Shown one piece after another: positions 37,401-48,500 of a stretch of 64,000 bases of DNA. The position numbers were made by a program, and so were the translations under genes. This DNA comes from Guillardia theta CCMP2712 (taxonomy: Eukaryota > Protista > Cryptophyta), in the NCBI RefSeq assembly GCF_000315625.1, contig NW_005434656.1, forward strand, positions 541,741 through 605,740. Direction: 5' to 3'. Below the pieces are notes generated by a model that was not told the DNA's origin, did no database searches, and was given only the letters and a program-made list of their open reading frames with translations. Numbering within the stretch: the first letter of the stretch is position 1; every line of letters begins with the position of its first letter.

Positions 37401-38362
37401 AAGACCGATCGGTCCTCCTCGATGAGCCTCTCTCCTCTGCGTATCAAGAGCATGCGGAAGAGAAGGGCAGAGCAGAGCAGGGCGAGGGCGATGATGCTGT
37501 CGTAGGGCACAAACCAAGGGGCTGCTGCACACAAGTAGATGAAGTTCGAGAGCATGCAAAGCTCTATCACGCACAACTCACAAAACAGCATCGGGCAAGG
37601 AAACAGCACCAGGTCCTACACAGACGTCAGGCAGGCAGAAGACGGCAGTACTCCAGTGCCTTGATCGCAACGAGCAAGAAGAGGAAGGCTGGAGTGCCCG
37701 AGATGGTCTTCTGGTATCGCTCGTTCCGGACTAGTCGCGTGAAGACGATGAGGTTCACAATCGCGTCCAGGAAGCCGAACAAGATGAAGATCTGGGTCTC
37801 AGATCAACCTACACGTGCGAAACTTCATCAAAGTTACCTGCCGAACCCAGGTGACTCTCTTCGCCATGGCCGCCAGCGTAGCGAGGATCAGCGCAATGGG
37901 AGGCAGGAAACCGCTCAGCAGCTCCAGCCTCGCTTCGGACCCGCAGGAGAGCCCTAGCTGGAACTCTTGAGGCTCCAAGATTACGTGGAGGTTGCCTTCG
38001 TTGGGGAAGAAAAAGCCTTTGTCACGGAGCTCTGATATCCCTCGCACTCGCAGAGCTATCCATGGCACGACGATCACAAGGGCTAGAAGCTGACCGACTC
38101 TCGAGCGCATGAGGGCGGTTAGCGGCTCCGCTGAGAAGAGGAAGGTGGAGAGCTGGCCGTGCCATCTGTTGGCGTCGTCTCGCACAGCCCTGTCCATGAA
38201 GTCTCCAGGGAGCTGAGTGCAGAGCATGACGAAGACCTGCATCAACTTTGGGCATGACCTCGGAGGTTCTGAAGGTCCTGGGGGAGGTTGAAGTGCTTCC
38301 ATGCCATCATCGCTGGTGGTCGGATGAACTTTGGAATTCTCAGGGTGCAGTAGGGATGACAT
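34484..38362 (-). CDS. ~1260-aa polytopic membrane protein: 2x[6TM + RelA/SpoT-like nucleotidyltransferase domain]
   Basis: Exons 38362-37838, 37791-37660 and 37615-34484 (introns GT-AG 46 nt and GC-AG 44 nt). Both cytosolic domains show K-x3-R-x-I-x-K...LLDVVRQCIVF...RIKNRL...GGYRDVVMN...HICEL(R/Q). Confidence 0.8.
34575..34804. repeat. 230-bp direct repeat, copy identical to 36678-36907
   Basis: Compared line by line; no mismatch seen; offset 2103 bp. Confidence 0.95.
36678..36907. repeat. 230-bp direct repeat, copy identical to 34575-34804
   Basis: Encodes RLLDVVRQ...VAGHICE in the first synthetase-like domain. Confidence 0.95.
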
Positions 38363-38507
38363 CCCTACTGATGCCTACCTGTGCCTTTGATCGGGACCTC
38401 TCCCAGTGGAGCTCGTCATGACCTCTCATGTTTGAGACCTTCCATGATGCTCATCACCAACATGACGTTGAAGGGCACGAGAAACTTTTATCGTCTCAAG
38501 GTATGAT

Positions 38508-38569
38508 TCGAGATCGAGATCGAGATCGAGATCGAGATCGAGATCGAGATCGAGATCGAGATCGAGATC
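38508..38569. repeat. (TCGAGA)n hexamer repeat, about 10 copies
   Basis: Seen directly. Confidence 0.95.
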
Positions 38570-38684
38570 AAGAGGAGGAGCAAGAGGGGAGGAGGAAGGG
38601 AGGAGGAGCAAGAGGAAGAGGAGGAGCAAGAGGAGGAGGGGACGCAGTTTTAGTAGTCCACAACTTCCGAGTCAAGCTTAGTTA

Positions 38685-39500
38685 GTACCCCCCTAACCCC
38701 TACCCCCGCTACCCGAGGCTACCCCCTACCCCTACCCCCACCCCCCACCCCTACATCTGGTTCTTTTTTTGTCACTTGGCCCTGCCCCTCCCCATGGAGT
38801 ACCCCCCTTATTCCCATTGTTAACGACCGTGGACCCACCCTCCTTACCGGATCTGCACACCGTCCGGGGTTGCTTCACCCCTCAAGTCAACTAAATCTCA
38901 TTTTTGAAGCAAGTCGAAGAAGACGGCCTTGTATGGGGGTGGTCAGAGTCCTTATAGGGGGTGGTCCACAGATCGGACTCTTGACGGCGTGGGCTATCAT
39001 CAACAGTTAAGGGGGTGGCGCGGCGAGTCCCGGCGGCGGCACATTGAGCGGCCGGGCCCGCCGGTCCGCCGGACCCGGTCTCCGGCAGAATCACCCGGTG
39101 ACCGTCCGATTTTCCGATCGGATCATGCGGCACTGTCGCCGCCTCCCGGAGTCCACGGTACGGTCCGATCCGGCGGGCCTGGGCTGCCGGGCCGCGACGG
39201 TGCTCTGAGCGGTCCGGGGCAACTAGTTAGGCTTCACTGAGTCAAGGGTTTGGGCCCGGCCGCCTCGGATTATCGCCCGGCGCCGCCACTGAGCCGCATT
39301 CGACACCGTCACACTCAGCGGCAGTGCCGGCTCGCCAACCCATTTAGCCTCTCCGCCGCGCCATTCACCGGGCCGGCGGCCCCGCCCCGGCGCCCGGCGG
39401 CACTACCGGCACGGTACGCGCCGGGCCGCGACCCGGCCCGTCGCCTGCCGCAGTGTCACTGGCCGGGCACTGTCACAGTGTCACGGTGTCACAGGCGGTT
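38685..39500. promoter_or_regulatory. Second intergenic C-run / G-run / GC-rich island between divergent genes
   Basis: Same motif vocabulary as 14050-15300 (CCGG, ACTGAGTCA, ACTGTCACAG, AACTAG, TCAAGAGG); function unknown. Confidence 0.4.
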
Positions 39501-40011
39501 ACAGCAAGCAAGATCCGTTATTCAAGAGGTGGTACCACGAACCCGAGGGGCCCAGCATGAATTGAGAGAGGAAGGGAGGGATAGAAGAAGAGGAGGTAGA
39601 AGACAGGAGAGGAGAAGAGAGAGGAAGGGAGGAGATAAGACCAGATAGGAGGAGAGAAATGAGATGGGCAGAGGAAGGAGAACGAGAGTTCAGAATGAGA
39701 ATGGAGGAGAGGATAAAGAGGAGCGAGGAACACGTTTTATAGGATGCAAATACCTGAAAACGTAAAATACCCCTGCTGAAGCGGAAGGGATAACCAACAA
39801 CACGATATAAACGCATCTCACATGAAGACCGAAGGAGGAGGCTGATAGACAGTACAAAAGAGACGATGAGAGCAGAGGAAGAAAAGAGAGGGAGGGGGGA
39901 AAGCTGAGACCAAGCGGTGAATGAGGGAATGATCTTGATGGGCCACCTGTACGGCAAGGAAGGGGATGTGTTGTGTCACCCTTGCTTCATCATGCTCGAT
40001 CTTGACCGTGA

Positions 40012-43000
40012 ATGTTCAGTTGGATTCCCGCGAGGATGACCTCTCAAGACCATGAAGGAGCGTCAGGGGAGCCTGACCACGAAGATAAGGATGTGGACCA
40101 GAAGGAGAAGGGAGGCAGGAGTGCCAAAGGGCAGGCCAGGGGACGGGGACGGGGGAGGGGGAGGGGGGGCAGTAGGGGGAGGGGGAGGGGACGGAGCAAT
40201 GGAGAAAGCAAGGAGGAACAGGAAGAGGGCGATATCGCTGCCGGAGACCAGGGAGAATCCGAAATCGAAGGTATCAAAAACCCACCGACGATCTCAAATT
40301 CGTCAGAAGGAGGAAACGAGAGCGAAGGAGCAAGGGTAACCGAACAGGAGAGTTCAGGCAAGGATGAACACAGCGCTGGAAAAGTTGCCGAAAATATAGA
40401 AAAAGAGGAAGGGGGTTCCATGAAAGAGGAAGGGAGTGCTGGAAAAGAGGAAGGGAGTGCTGGGAAAGAGGAAGGGAGTGCTGGAAAAGAGGAAGGGAGT
40501 GCTGGGAAAGAGGAAGGGAGTGCTGGGAAAGAGGAAGGGAGTGCTGGAAAAGAGGAAGGGAGTGCTGGAAAAGAGGAAGGGAGTGCTGGGAAAGAGGAAG
40601 GGAGTGCTGGAAAAGAGGAAGGGAGTGCTGGGAAAGAGGAAGGGAGTGCTGGGAAAGAGGAAGGGAGTGCTGGAAAAGAGGAAGGGAGTGCTGGGAAAGA
40701 GGAAGGGAGTGCTGGGAAAGAGGAAGGGAGTGCTGGGAAAGAGGAAGGGAGTGCTGGAAAAGAGGAAGGGAGTGCTGGGAAAGGGGAAGAGAAGATATCA
40801 GGGGACTTACAAGGCTCGGAAGCCATGCAAGTTGACGTCACAGCGATGGAGGAAGAAGCTGGGAGGGACAAAGATCGGTCCGACCAGAAGGATGTGCCCC
40901 AGGTCAAACAAGAAGAGGATTCCGATGAGGAGGCCAAGAAAGTTCAAAAGGGAACTGAGTACAAGGCAAACACGAATGCGAAAGCGAAGAAGAGACCAAG
41001 AGGGAGGAGTAGCGAGAGGTTTACCAAGGGACCGCGCTCTAAGAGGGGGCCAAAAGTGGAAGAGAAGAAAAAGGCAAAAGAAGAACCAGCTGAAGACAAA
41101 GATGATGACCCTCCAAGTGTCACAGTGTAAGGACCATCCACTGCGATCATTCACACAATCATAGCTAGAGCCTTCTTCTTCGTTGAATTTGTGTATGACA
41201 GGCTGATTGCCGACCTGTCTGGAGATCCACAGCCTGACATGAAGGTTCCGAACCGTTGCTGCGCTTTTGCGTGTCATCGCAGGATGCAAACATGACGTGA
41301 TGTTTCAGGTTGAAGCAACTTTGACAGAAGCAAAGAACGCCAAGTCTTCTTTCAGCTTCAAGATCAAAGTCTACAAGTGTGCCTTGATATCGCATGTTGA
41401 CCCTTACGATACTGATGTCTAGCTTCAGCAACGAAAGGAGCACGATCAAATTGATCCATGACTTCGAGGCTTTCGACAAGTGACCGCCTGCCTGTTTGTT
41501 TCTTCTCGGTTCTGATCGCTTTCTGCCCCAGTTCCGTACTGAAAGGAGCTACACTCACCACCAACGATGGATCGGTGTTGTGCTGCTACTGATCTGGTTG
41601 CGACGTGTGTTAACATCAGTTGCAGCTTGCGGCGAGGGTTGTCGAGGTGGACGCGGAGTGGCACCGCGATCAGCCCTGGGCGGAAAAGTCAGAACACCTG
41701 AATGCGTTGGTCCGGGTGAGCGGAGCAAGGAGGAGGTCTTTGCGTCGGTGACTCGCTCGTTGCAGTGGAAAGTTGATTTGGATAATGGAGGTCAGGTAAA
41801 GAAAAGAAGTTTTTATCTCCTCCTCCTCCTTCTCATGCCCTTGTAGATATTTCACAACGGGAGGGTCTGGGGCTGGCTGCCCAAGGAGGAATCCGAGTAC
41901 AAGGGGGTTGATACCGAGCAGGTGGACCTCCCTCCCCTTCTCTGCTGGGCGTCAGCTGATGTCTTGCCCAGCTGGAGCCGCTGTGGCGGATAAAGTTCGA
42001 CGACCACACGTGCGGTCATGCCGACTTGGACCTGAATGAGCTCACGGAGGCGATGGAGAACTACAAGCAGTACGTAGAGAATGGCGCGAGCGAAACGAAG
42101 GTGGTGGAGAAAGTTGGAGGCAAGAGGAGAGGACGGAAGGCGGGGTCGAAGAACGAATCGAGCTCTCCAGCGAATGCGAAAGGAGGGAGAAAATCTCATC
42201 GCGAAAGCAAGCAGTCGAGCAAGGAGGCAGCAGAAGACCTGGACGATGTTCCGCTAGGAGAAAGATTGAAGGCGCAGGAAGCAAACAGTTCTGCTGACCC
42301 TCCTCAGGGGAAGCATGATGATGATGATGATGATGATGATGATTATGGGAAAGACAGGCGAAAGAAAATACGACTTGACGAAGGTGGGAAGAAAGAAAAA
42401 GAGGTCAGTGCTCTCTGCTCCCTGCTTCTTTGTTGATCGTTTGATCGTAGGGGAAGAAATTGAAAACTGAGAACGCCAAGAATTCTGAAAGAGGAAGACG
42501 GCTGGAGAAAGGTGCTGAACGTTCCGCTCGAGGCAGGAAAGGTCGGGACAAGGAGGGCAAGAAAGGGAAAGACGAGGAGGACGAGGAGGACGACGAGGAG
42601 CTTATCGATGTGTCGCAAAGGCCAAGACCTGAGACAAAGAGCGAGGCGTTGAAGGACATCAAAGCGAGAGAAAGTGGCAAGAGGGCAAACGAGAGGGCAG
42701 GGAAATCGGCGAAGAAAGAAGAATCTGCGGCCGAGAGATCAAAGGATGTCAAGGTGAAGATGGAAAGGACGGATGAAGGAAAGGACGACAAGCGTGAAAA
42801 CAAAGAAGGCAAACTCACGAAGAAACGAGAGGATGTTGAGGAGAAGGAGGGGAGAAAGGAGAAGTCCACACAGAACCAAGACAAGTCTTGGAAGATGGAA
42901 GGTAAAACTGTACAGAAAGAAGAAGGGCTGCTGAAGAACAAAGAAAAGCATGGAGAGGGCAAAACAGGGAAGGAGGGAAAGCCTGAGAAGCAAGCGGACA

Positions 43001-43568
43001 GAGCAGTGAAGAAGGAGGAGAGATCTGAGAGGAAAGAGGAAAAGCCCGTCAAGAAGGAGCAAGGCAAGGAAGGGAAGAGGGACGGTGAGTCAGGCAAATC
43101 CAAGCCAGATACAGCGAGCGATCTTGCCAAGAGCAAGCAGCCGTCGAAGACCGCGAGCAGCTCGGACGGGAAGGGAGCGGAGGCTTCGAAGGAGAAGAAA
43201 GGTGAGAAGAGTCTGAAGGCCGAGGAGAAGCTCCCCAAGACCCTCCCCAAGGCCTCACCCAAGCTGGACGGCAAGTCTGAGGGATCGACCACTCCCTCCT
43301 CGCAGGACGCGAAGTCGGTGAAACTCAAGGACGGGACGAGACCGGAAGGAGCGAAAGCGGAGAAACTTGAGAGTGAGGACGAGGAGGAGCTCTTGTCGCC
43401 CTGCTCACTTCATCGCAGTTCCAACAGCAGCGACTGAGCCGGCAAGGAAACCTTCGACCCCTCTGCCTCTGCCTGTGTTACCTCTACCCGAAGTGAAGGT
43501 AGGCGATGACGGTGGTCATGCTGCTGCTGCCGCTGCTGCTGCTGCTGATGATGATGATGATAATAACG

Positions 43569-43662
<94 letters not shown>

Positions 43663-43689
43663 CGACGACGACGACGACGTTGTTGATGT

Positions 43690-43770
<81 letters not shown>

Positions 43771-45506
43771 CGACGACGACGATAACGATTACGACAACGA
43801 CGACGATGATGATAATGATGATGAGGAAGAGCGGGCATAGTGGCGTTGATTCCCCGCTTGCTGTTTGCTCGGTTCGAAGTGAATTTCCTGTCCTTCAGAT
43901 TGTGGAGGACTCGAGCAGGGCTTCTCAATTTCAGAGCTCGAACGCGCAGAGGCAAGACTCAGCTCGAATGCTCTTGCAGAGACAGGTATACTCGATTCCT
44001 CCTCCCCTGCCGCGCAATAGATGATGAAGACTTCAAGTTACTCGAAGATACGAAAGAGGAAAGCGAAGAAGATGACCAGGTTTTCTGTCCGTTTTAAAGA
44101 CCCTACATCGATGTGAAGACTCTGATGTTTCTTTCGATGGAAGTGGGGTTGGCGGTGGTGGTGTTACCTGTTGGTGTTCTATAATGGTTTTGCTCATGAT
44201 GTGGAGTTCTTAGTGCATGTTCTGAAGTTCAATCCTCCAGAAACCGTTGGGCTCTGAGAGCCAAAAAGGGCTGGAGTATCGAAAGATGTTGAAACAGTAC
44301 TCCCTCGAACTGGAAAGGAAGGAGAGAGAGGGTCTNNNNNNNNNNNNNNNNNNNNNNNNNNNNNNNNNNNNNNNNNNNNNNNNNNNNNNNNNNNNNNNNN
44401 NNNNNNNNNNNNNNNNNNNNNNNNNNNNNNNNNNNGCCGGCAGCTGCTGAAGGAGGCGGAGGAAGACAACATGGAGCTGGTGATGGGGCAAGGAGGGATA
44501 AGGGGAGGAGGAGGATGCAGTGGTGGTGGTGGTGGTGGTGGTGGTGGAGGAGGAGGAGGAGGAGGAGGAGGTGGTGGTGGTGGTGGTGGTAGTGGTGGTG
44601 GTGGTGGAGGGTGTGGTGGTGGTTGTGGATGGGGAGTTGTGAGGGATGGCAAGCGGGGAGGAGAATCCTGCAGGATTGATGAAGACTCAGGTGAATGAGA
44701 TCGTGAGGCAATCGATGGATGCGGAGAAATTGACGGTGGAGGAGCTGAGAAGGTGAGGAGGGAGGCGGGGATACTTGGCTGATATGGCAGCAGGGTCAGA
44801 GAGGAGGTGGAGAGGCAGGCGAGAGCGCGAGGTCTTGTATCGCTCCTCTTGCGATGCTCTTGCTCATACGTGCGGGCAGAGGAGATTCACGCTAGGAGAG
44901 CTGCGGCCTCCGCCCAGCCCGAGGTCGCTCATCCCAAAGAGGAGGCGGCGCGAGGGGAGGAAGTGAGCAGAGTGGCGAGTGGAGGAGGAGGCGACTGAGT
45001 GGTTGGCAGCGAGCGCGGGGGAGCCCGACGGTCGACGGGCAGCACGAGGGCGCGAAGGCGATAGAGGGCAACGGGCAGGTTGGGGCTGAAGGGAGCGCGA
45101 GAGTGACGCTGTCGGTCAACCCGTGCGACAAGCTGTCAGCAGTGGTGGAGGAGATTCAGGTGGCGTCCAGGTGGAGGAGGAGCCGGTCGCTGATGCTGCA
45201 GCAGAAACATTGGACCTCGAAGAACTCGCGCAGCCAGTCGACGATCTTGGACTATGGATTGCAGCCGATCTGGTGAGACTAGCAGAGGAGGGACAGCGGG
45301 AGCATGAGGAGGTGGAGGGAAGGAAGAGCGAAGGGAGCTGATTCTGGTGCTGCAGGCCGTCGTTTCTCAAGTACGAGATGTGCGGGGACGGGAAGGCTGC
45401 TGTCTTCTTCTTCGACAGAGCAGCAGCGGCGCGGGTGTTCTACAAGTGGAGCAACGACAGGAGTTTCTTCAACGGCTCGGCTGTATCGAACACGAGGATT
45501 CAGTGA
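40012..45506 (+). CDS. Large multi-exon K/E-rich, probably nuclear protein (RG box, Tudor-like segment, possible C-terminal RRM/UHM-like domain); spans a gap
   Basis: Exons ~40012-41125 and ~42451-43400 are highly charged; RGRGRGRG; WRIKFDDHTCGHADLDLNELTEAM; last exon PSFLKYEMCGDGKAAVFFFDRAAAARVFYKWSNDRSFFNGSAVSNTRIQ*. May be more than one gene. Confidence 0.55.
40423..40779 (+). repeat. Coding 21-bp minisatellite, 17 copies of KEEGSAG
   Basis: AAAGAGGAAGGGAGTGCTGG(A/G) x17; units differ only at the synonymous last base. Confidence 0.95.
43515..43830. repeat. Compound trinucleotide tract (GCT)n(GAT)n(GTT)n(GAT)n(GAC)n, intronic
   Basis: Lies between a GTAGG donor (~43499) and an acceptor near 43898. 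Confidence 0.9.
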
Positions 45507-45508
45507 AG

Positions 45509-48500
45509 TCACAAGGAGCAGGAGGCTGACGCTGGTCCCCCCACCCCTAGCGTGTAGTTCCACTCGAAGTTGTCGCCTGCAGTCTCAACGTCAGGGCGGT
45601 CGGGGATGGAGGGAGCGAGGAGAGGGAGCAGCGGGGAGTAGGAGGGGAGGGGAGGGGAGGCTGAGCGCGAGGAGGGCCCGAATTCCGATCTCTCACCTTG
45701 TTCGCACAAGGCAGCAGCATGCTGCTCGAAGGCTCCGCCGAGGAGGAGGCAGGAGGAGGAGTAGGTGAACGTGAAGACAGCTGCTCCCAGCATCCCCACC
45801 ACCGGCGCAGGTTTGAGCAGCCCTGAGGTGAAGATGCCGAAGTTCTCCACCCTAAGGTGCTGCGGTCAGAAGTGCGAGGAGCAGAGAGGAGGACGGGGAG
45901 GAGGGAGGAGTCAGAAGGAGGAGGAGGGGGATGGAGCAGGGCCGTACCTTCCATCTGTAGTCGAGAACTTTCCTCCCACGTACAAGAAAGACTTGCCGGC
46001 TGCCAGCGCATACACGTTGCCTTGTATGTCACCCATGGGCAGCCACTTCCCTCCCAGCCATCTGCCATCCCCTACAGTAAGCGCAAGACCCTCCTTCGCT
46101 CCCCTGCTCTCCTTCCCTCTGCTCTCCTTCCCTCTGCTCTCCCCGGTTCCTCTGCTCTGCTCTGCTCTCCCTTCCCCGCCTCTGCTCTCCTGGCCTTCCC
46201 CCCCTTCCCTTCCCTTTCCCTCAAGTCCCTTCCCTTCGCCCTCTCCCTTCTCTCCCCGCCTCATCTTCTCTCCTCTCATCTTTCGACTCTACCTTGCGAT
46301 CCTGGACACGTCGGACCCTCCGATGCCTCTGAACGATCCTCCCACCACCAGACTGTCCCGCCATCGCGCAATCACGTTCACTTCTCCCATCCTCACTCGT
46401 CCCCAAGGACACGCCCAGCTGCCGTTGAACATGGCGAGGCCTCCGCATGAGCTCCCTGCTCCGAGCGCTCCGAAAGGACCACCGACATAGAGGACGTTCC
46501 TGCGAAGACAGTGAGAGGGGGAGGAGAGGAGGGAGAAGGCAATGCAGGAAGGTAGAAGAGGGAGGGAGCAAGAGGAAAGGAGAAAAGAGGAAGGAGGGAG
46601 AGAGGGAGGATGAGGAGGTAGCGAGAGTCTTGTGCGTCTTACTCGCTCGTGTACGCCACTGCCACATGGCCATCAACCGTCGCGCCTCCCACGCAAGACC
46701 AGGTGGCTCCGTCCCATTGGGCGAGTCCTCCGCATCTCCATGCTCGACCTTCAACCTGCGCTTGAAATCAGATGAAGCTGGACAGAAGCGCGAAGAGAGG
46801 AGGAGGAGAGGGAGGAGGAGAGGGAGGAGGAGAGCGGAGGAGGAGAGCGGAGTGGAAGAGGAGAGAAGGAGGAGGAGAGGAGGGAGAGGAAGGGGAAGAG
46901 GACCGAGAGGAAGTGAGGGAGGGAAGCGGAGGGAAAGAGGTCACCGTGTAGACTGTCGAGAAAGTGCCGCCGACAACCAGGAAGGAGTTCACAACGCTCA
47001 TGGTTGAGATCGCTCCGTCAAGTCCCAAGCCCAAGTGACTCAGCGCGTTGCCGTCCCACATGACGAGATGGTTGGCCGTCCCGTCTCGTGCCGCGACGTT
47101 TCTGAACGTTCCTCCCACAAACAGCTGCTGCCCGAACAGCTGGACCGCGTTGATCCTGCCCGGCAACGAGAAGTTGCCGAAGGCGAGGAGGCGACGACCC
47201 TGAGAGAAGGCGAGGAGGGAGCTCTGGTCGGACTGCGGCAGGCTGTAGGCCATGAAGACGTCGAGGAAGAAGAAGCTCGCTCCTCCTTCCGTCCTCCTTG
47301 TGAACTCCCCCAGCTGGCTGACGAGCAGCAGGTCCACTTGCTGCTCGTCTGCTCCTGGGGGGGTGATGCACACGATGCGGTTGACGGACCAGGAGAGGAC
47401 GGGGCAGTCGGCGCCCCCGACCAGCACGCTCAGCTTCTCCTCGTAGCTCGGCACCCTGAAGCTCTGCCCGCTGATGGTGATCCACGTCCCCCCGCTCCTC
47501 GGCCCGAACGCGGGGGAGATGGAGGACACGCGGGGAGGAGGGAGGAGATAAACGCTTGAGCTCCCTGTCACCCCCAGCTGGTAGAAGTTCTGAGGTGAGA
47601 AGTCCGGGAAGGAGATCATGGCGCTGACGTTGACTGCCAGCAAGCCGAACTGGCCGGGCAGGACCTGAAAGGAGGATGAGGGAGCAGGAGAGGAGGGAGA
47701 AACAGAAGGAGGAGGAGGAGGAGGAGGAGGAGGAGGAGGAGGAGGAGGAGGAGGAGGAGGAGGAGGAGGAGGAGGAGGAGGAGGAGGAGGAGGAGGAGGA
47801 GGAGGAGGAGGTTCGGTCACCTTGAGAAGCAGGTTCCCCCATTCATCGACCGTCGGGTCGCCATCGAGTAGGCCGTAGTTGGCTGTTGAGAACTGCACGG
47901 CGAACTTCCAGTTGAGGTCCCCGCAGTAGGTCGAGTCGTAGAGCTTTTCCACCAGGCTCACGTTCACCGCCGCCTCCTGCTCATCTGGTCAGTCGCCCAA
48001 CCAGGGACTTCTCCCCTCCTCCTACCGCGATCACAGCGACTTGCGGCTTCACGGCGAACCGGATGAGGGAGAGGGACGCGTGAATGTTGAAGGTGAGGGT
48101 GACGGGAGGTGAAGAGGTCTCGTTCACCGTCGAGTTTGCCTCCCTGCCCCAGCCATTACCACCTCCACCTCGCTCCCCAGCTGAGAGCTCACCTGACTAC
48201 GAACGTGATGGTCTCCCTGCCGCACCCGGCGAAGGTGGCGAGGAAAGAGACGTTGCCGTCAGCCGTCATGTGAATCTGCGCGGGAGCGAAGGACGACGAC
48301 ACGACGTGGAAGACGAAGACCTTATCGCGCTCGTCGGGCGGCACTTGGACTATCATGCCGTGAGAGGAGATGGGGTCAAGAGAAGGAGGAGGGAAGCAGG
48401 TGCAAGGGGACGGATCGAGAGGGGAGGGATGCGGGAAGAGAGGAGGAGGCGAAGGAGTGGAGAGAACAAGACGCTGGAGGAGGAAAAGTTGTACACCTTC

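Noticed and set aside
34484-38362. Canonical plastid RSH (RelA/SpoT homolog) or bacterial contamination
   Set aside because: No HD hydrolase, TGS or plastid presequence; it has about 12 TMs, spliceosomal introns and host-like composition.
40423-40779. CRISPR-like regular repeat (also considered for 19306-19421)
   Set aside because: Head-to-tail units with no spacers, no cas genes, eukaryotic context.
40044-43328. Long antisense ORFs (40044-40937, 42405-43328 and similar elsewhere)
   Set aside because: Shadow frames of purine-rich or GC-rich coding exons on the opposite strand.
43367-44024. Poly-Asp, poly-His/Gln and poly-Met ORFs
   Set aside because: Translations of an intronic trinucleotide tract that is open in several frames.
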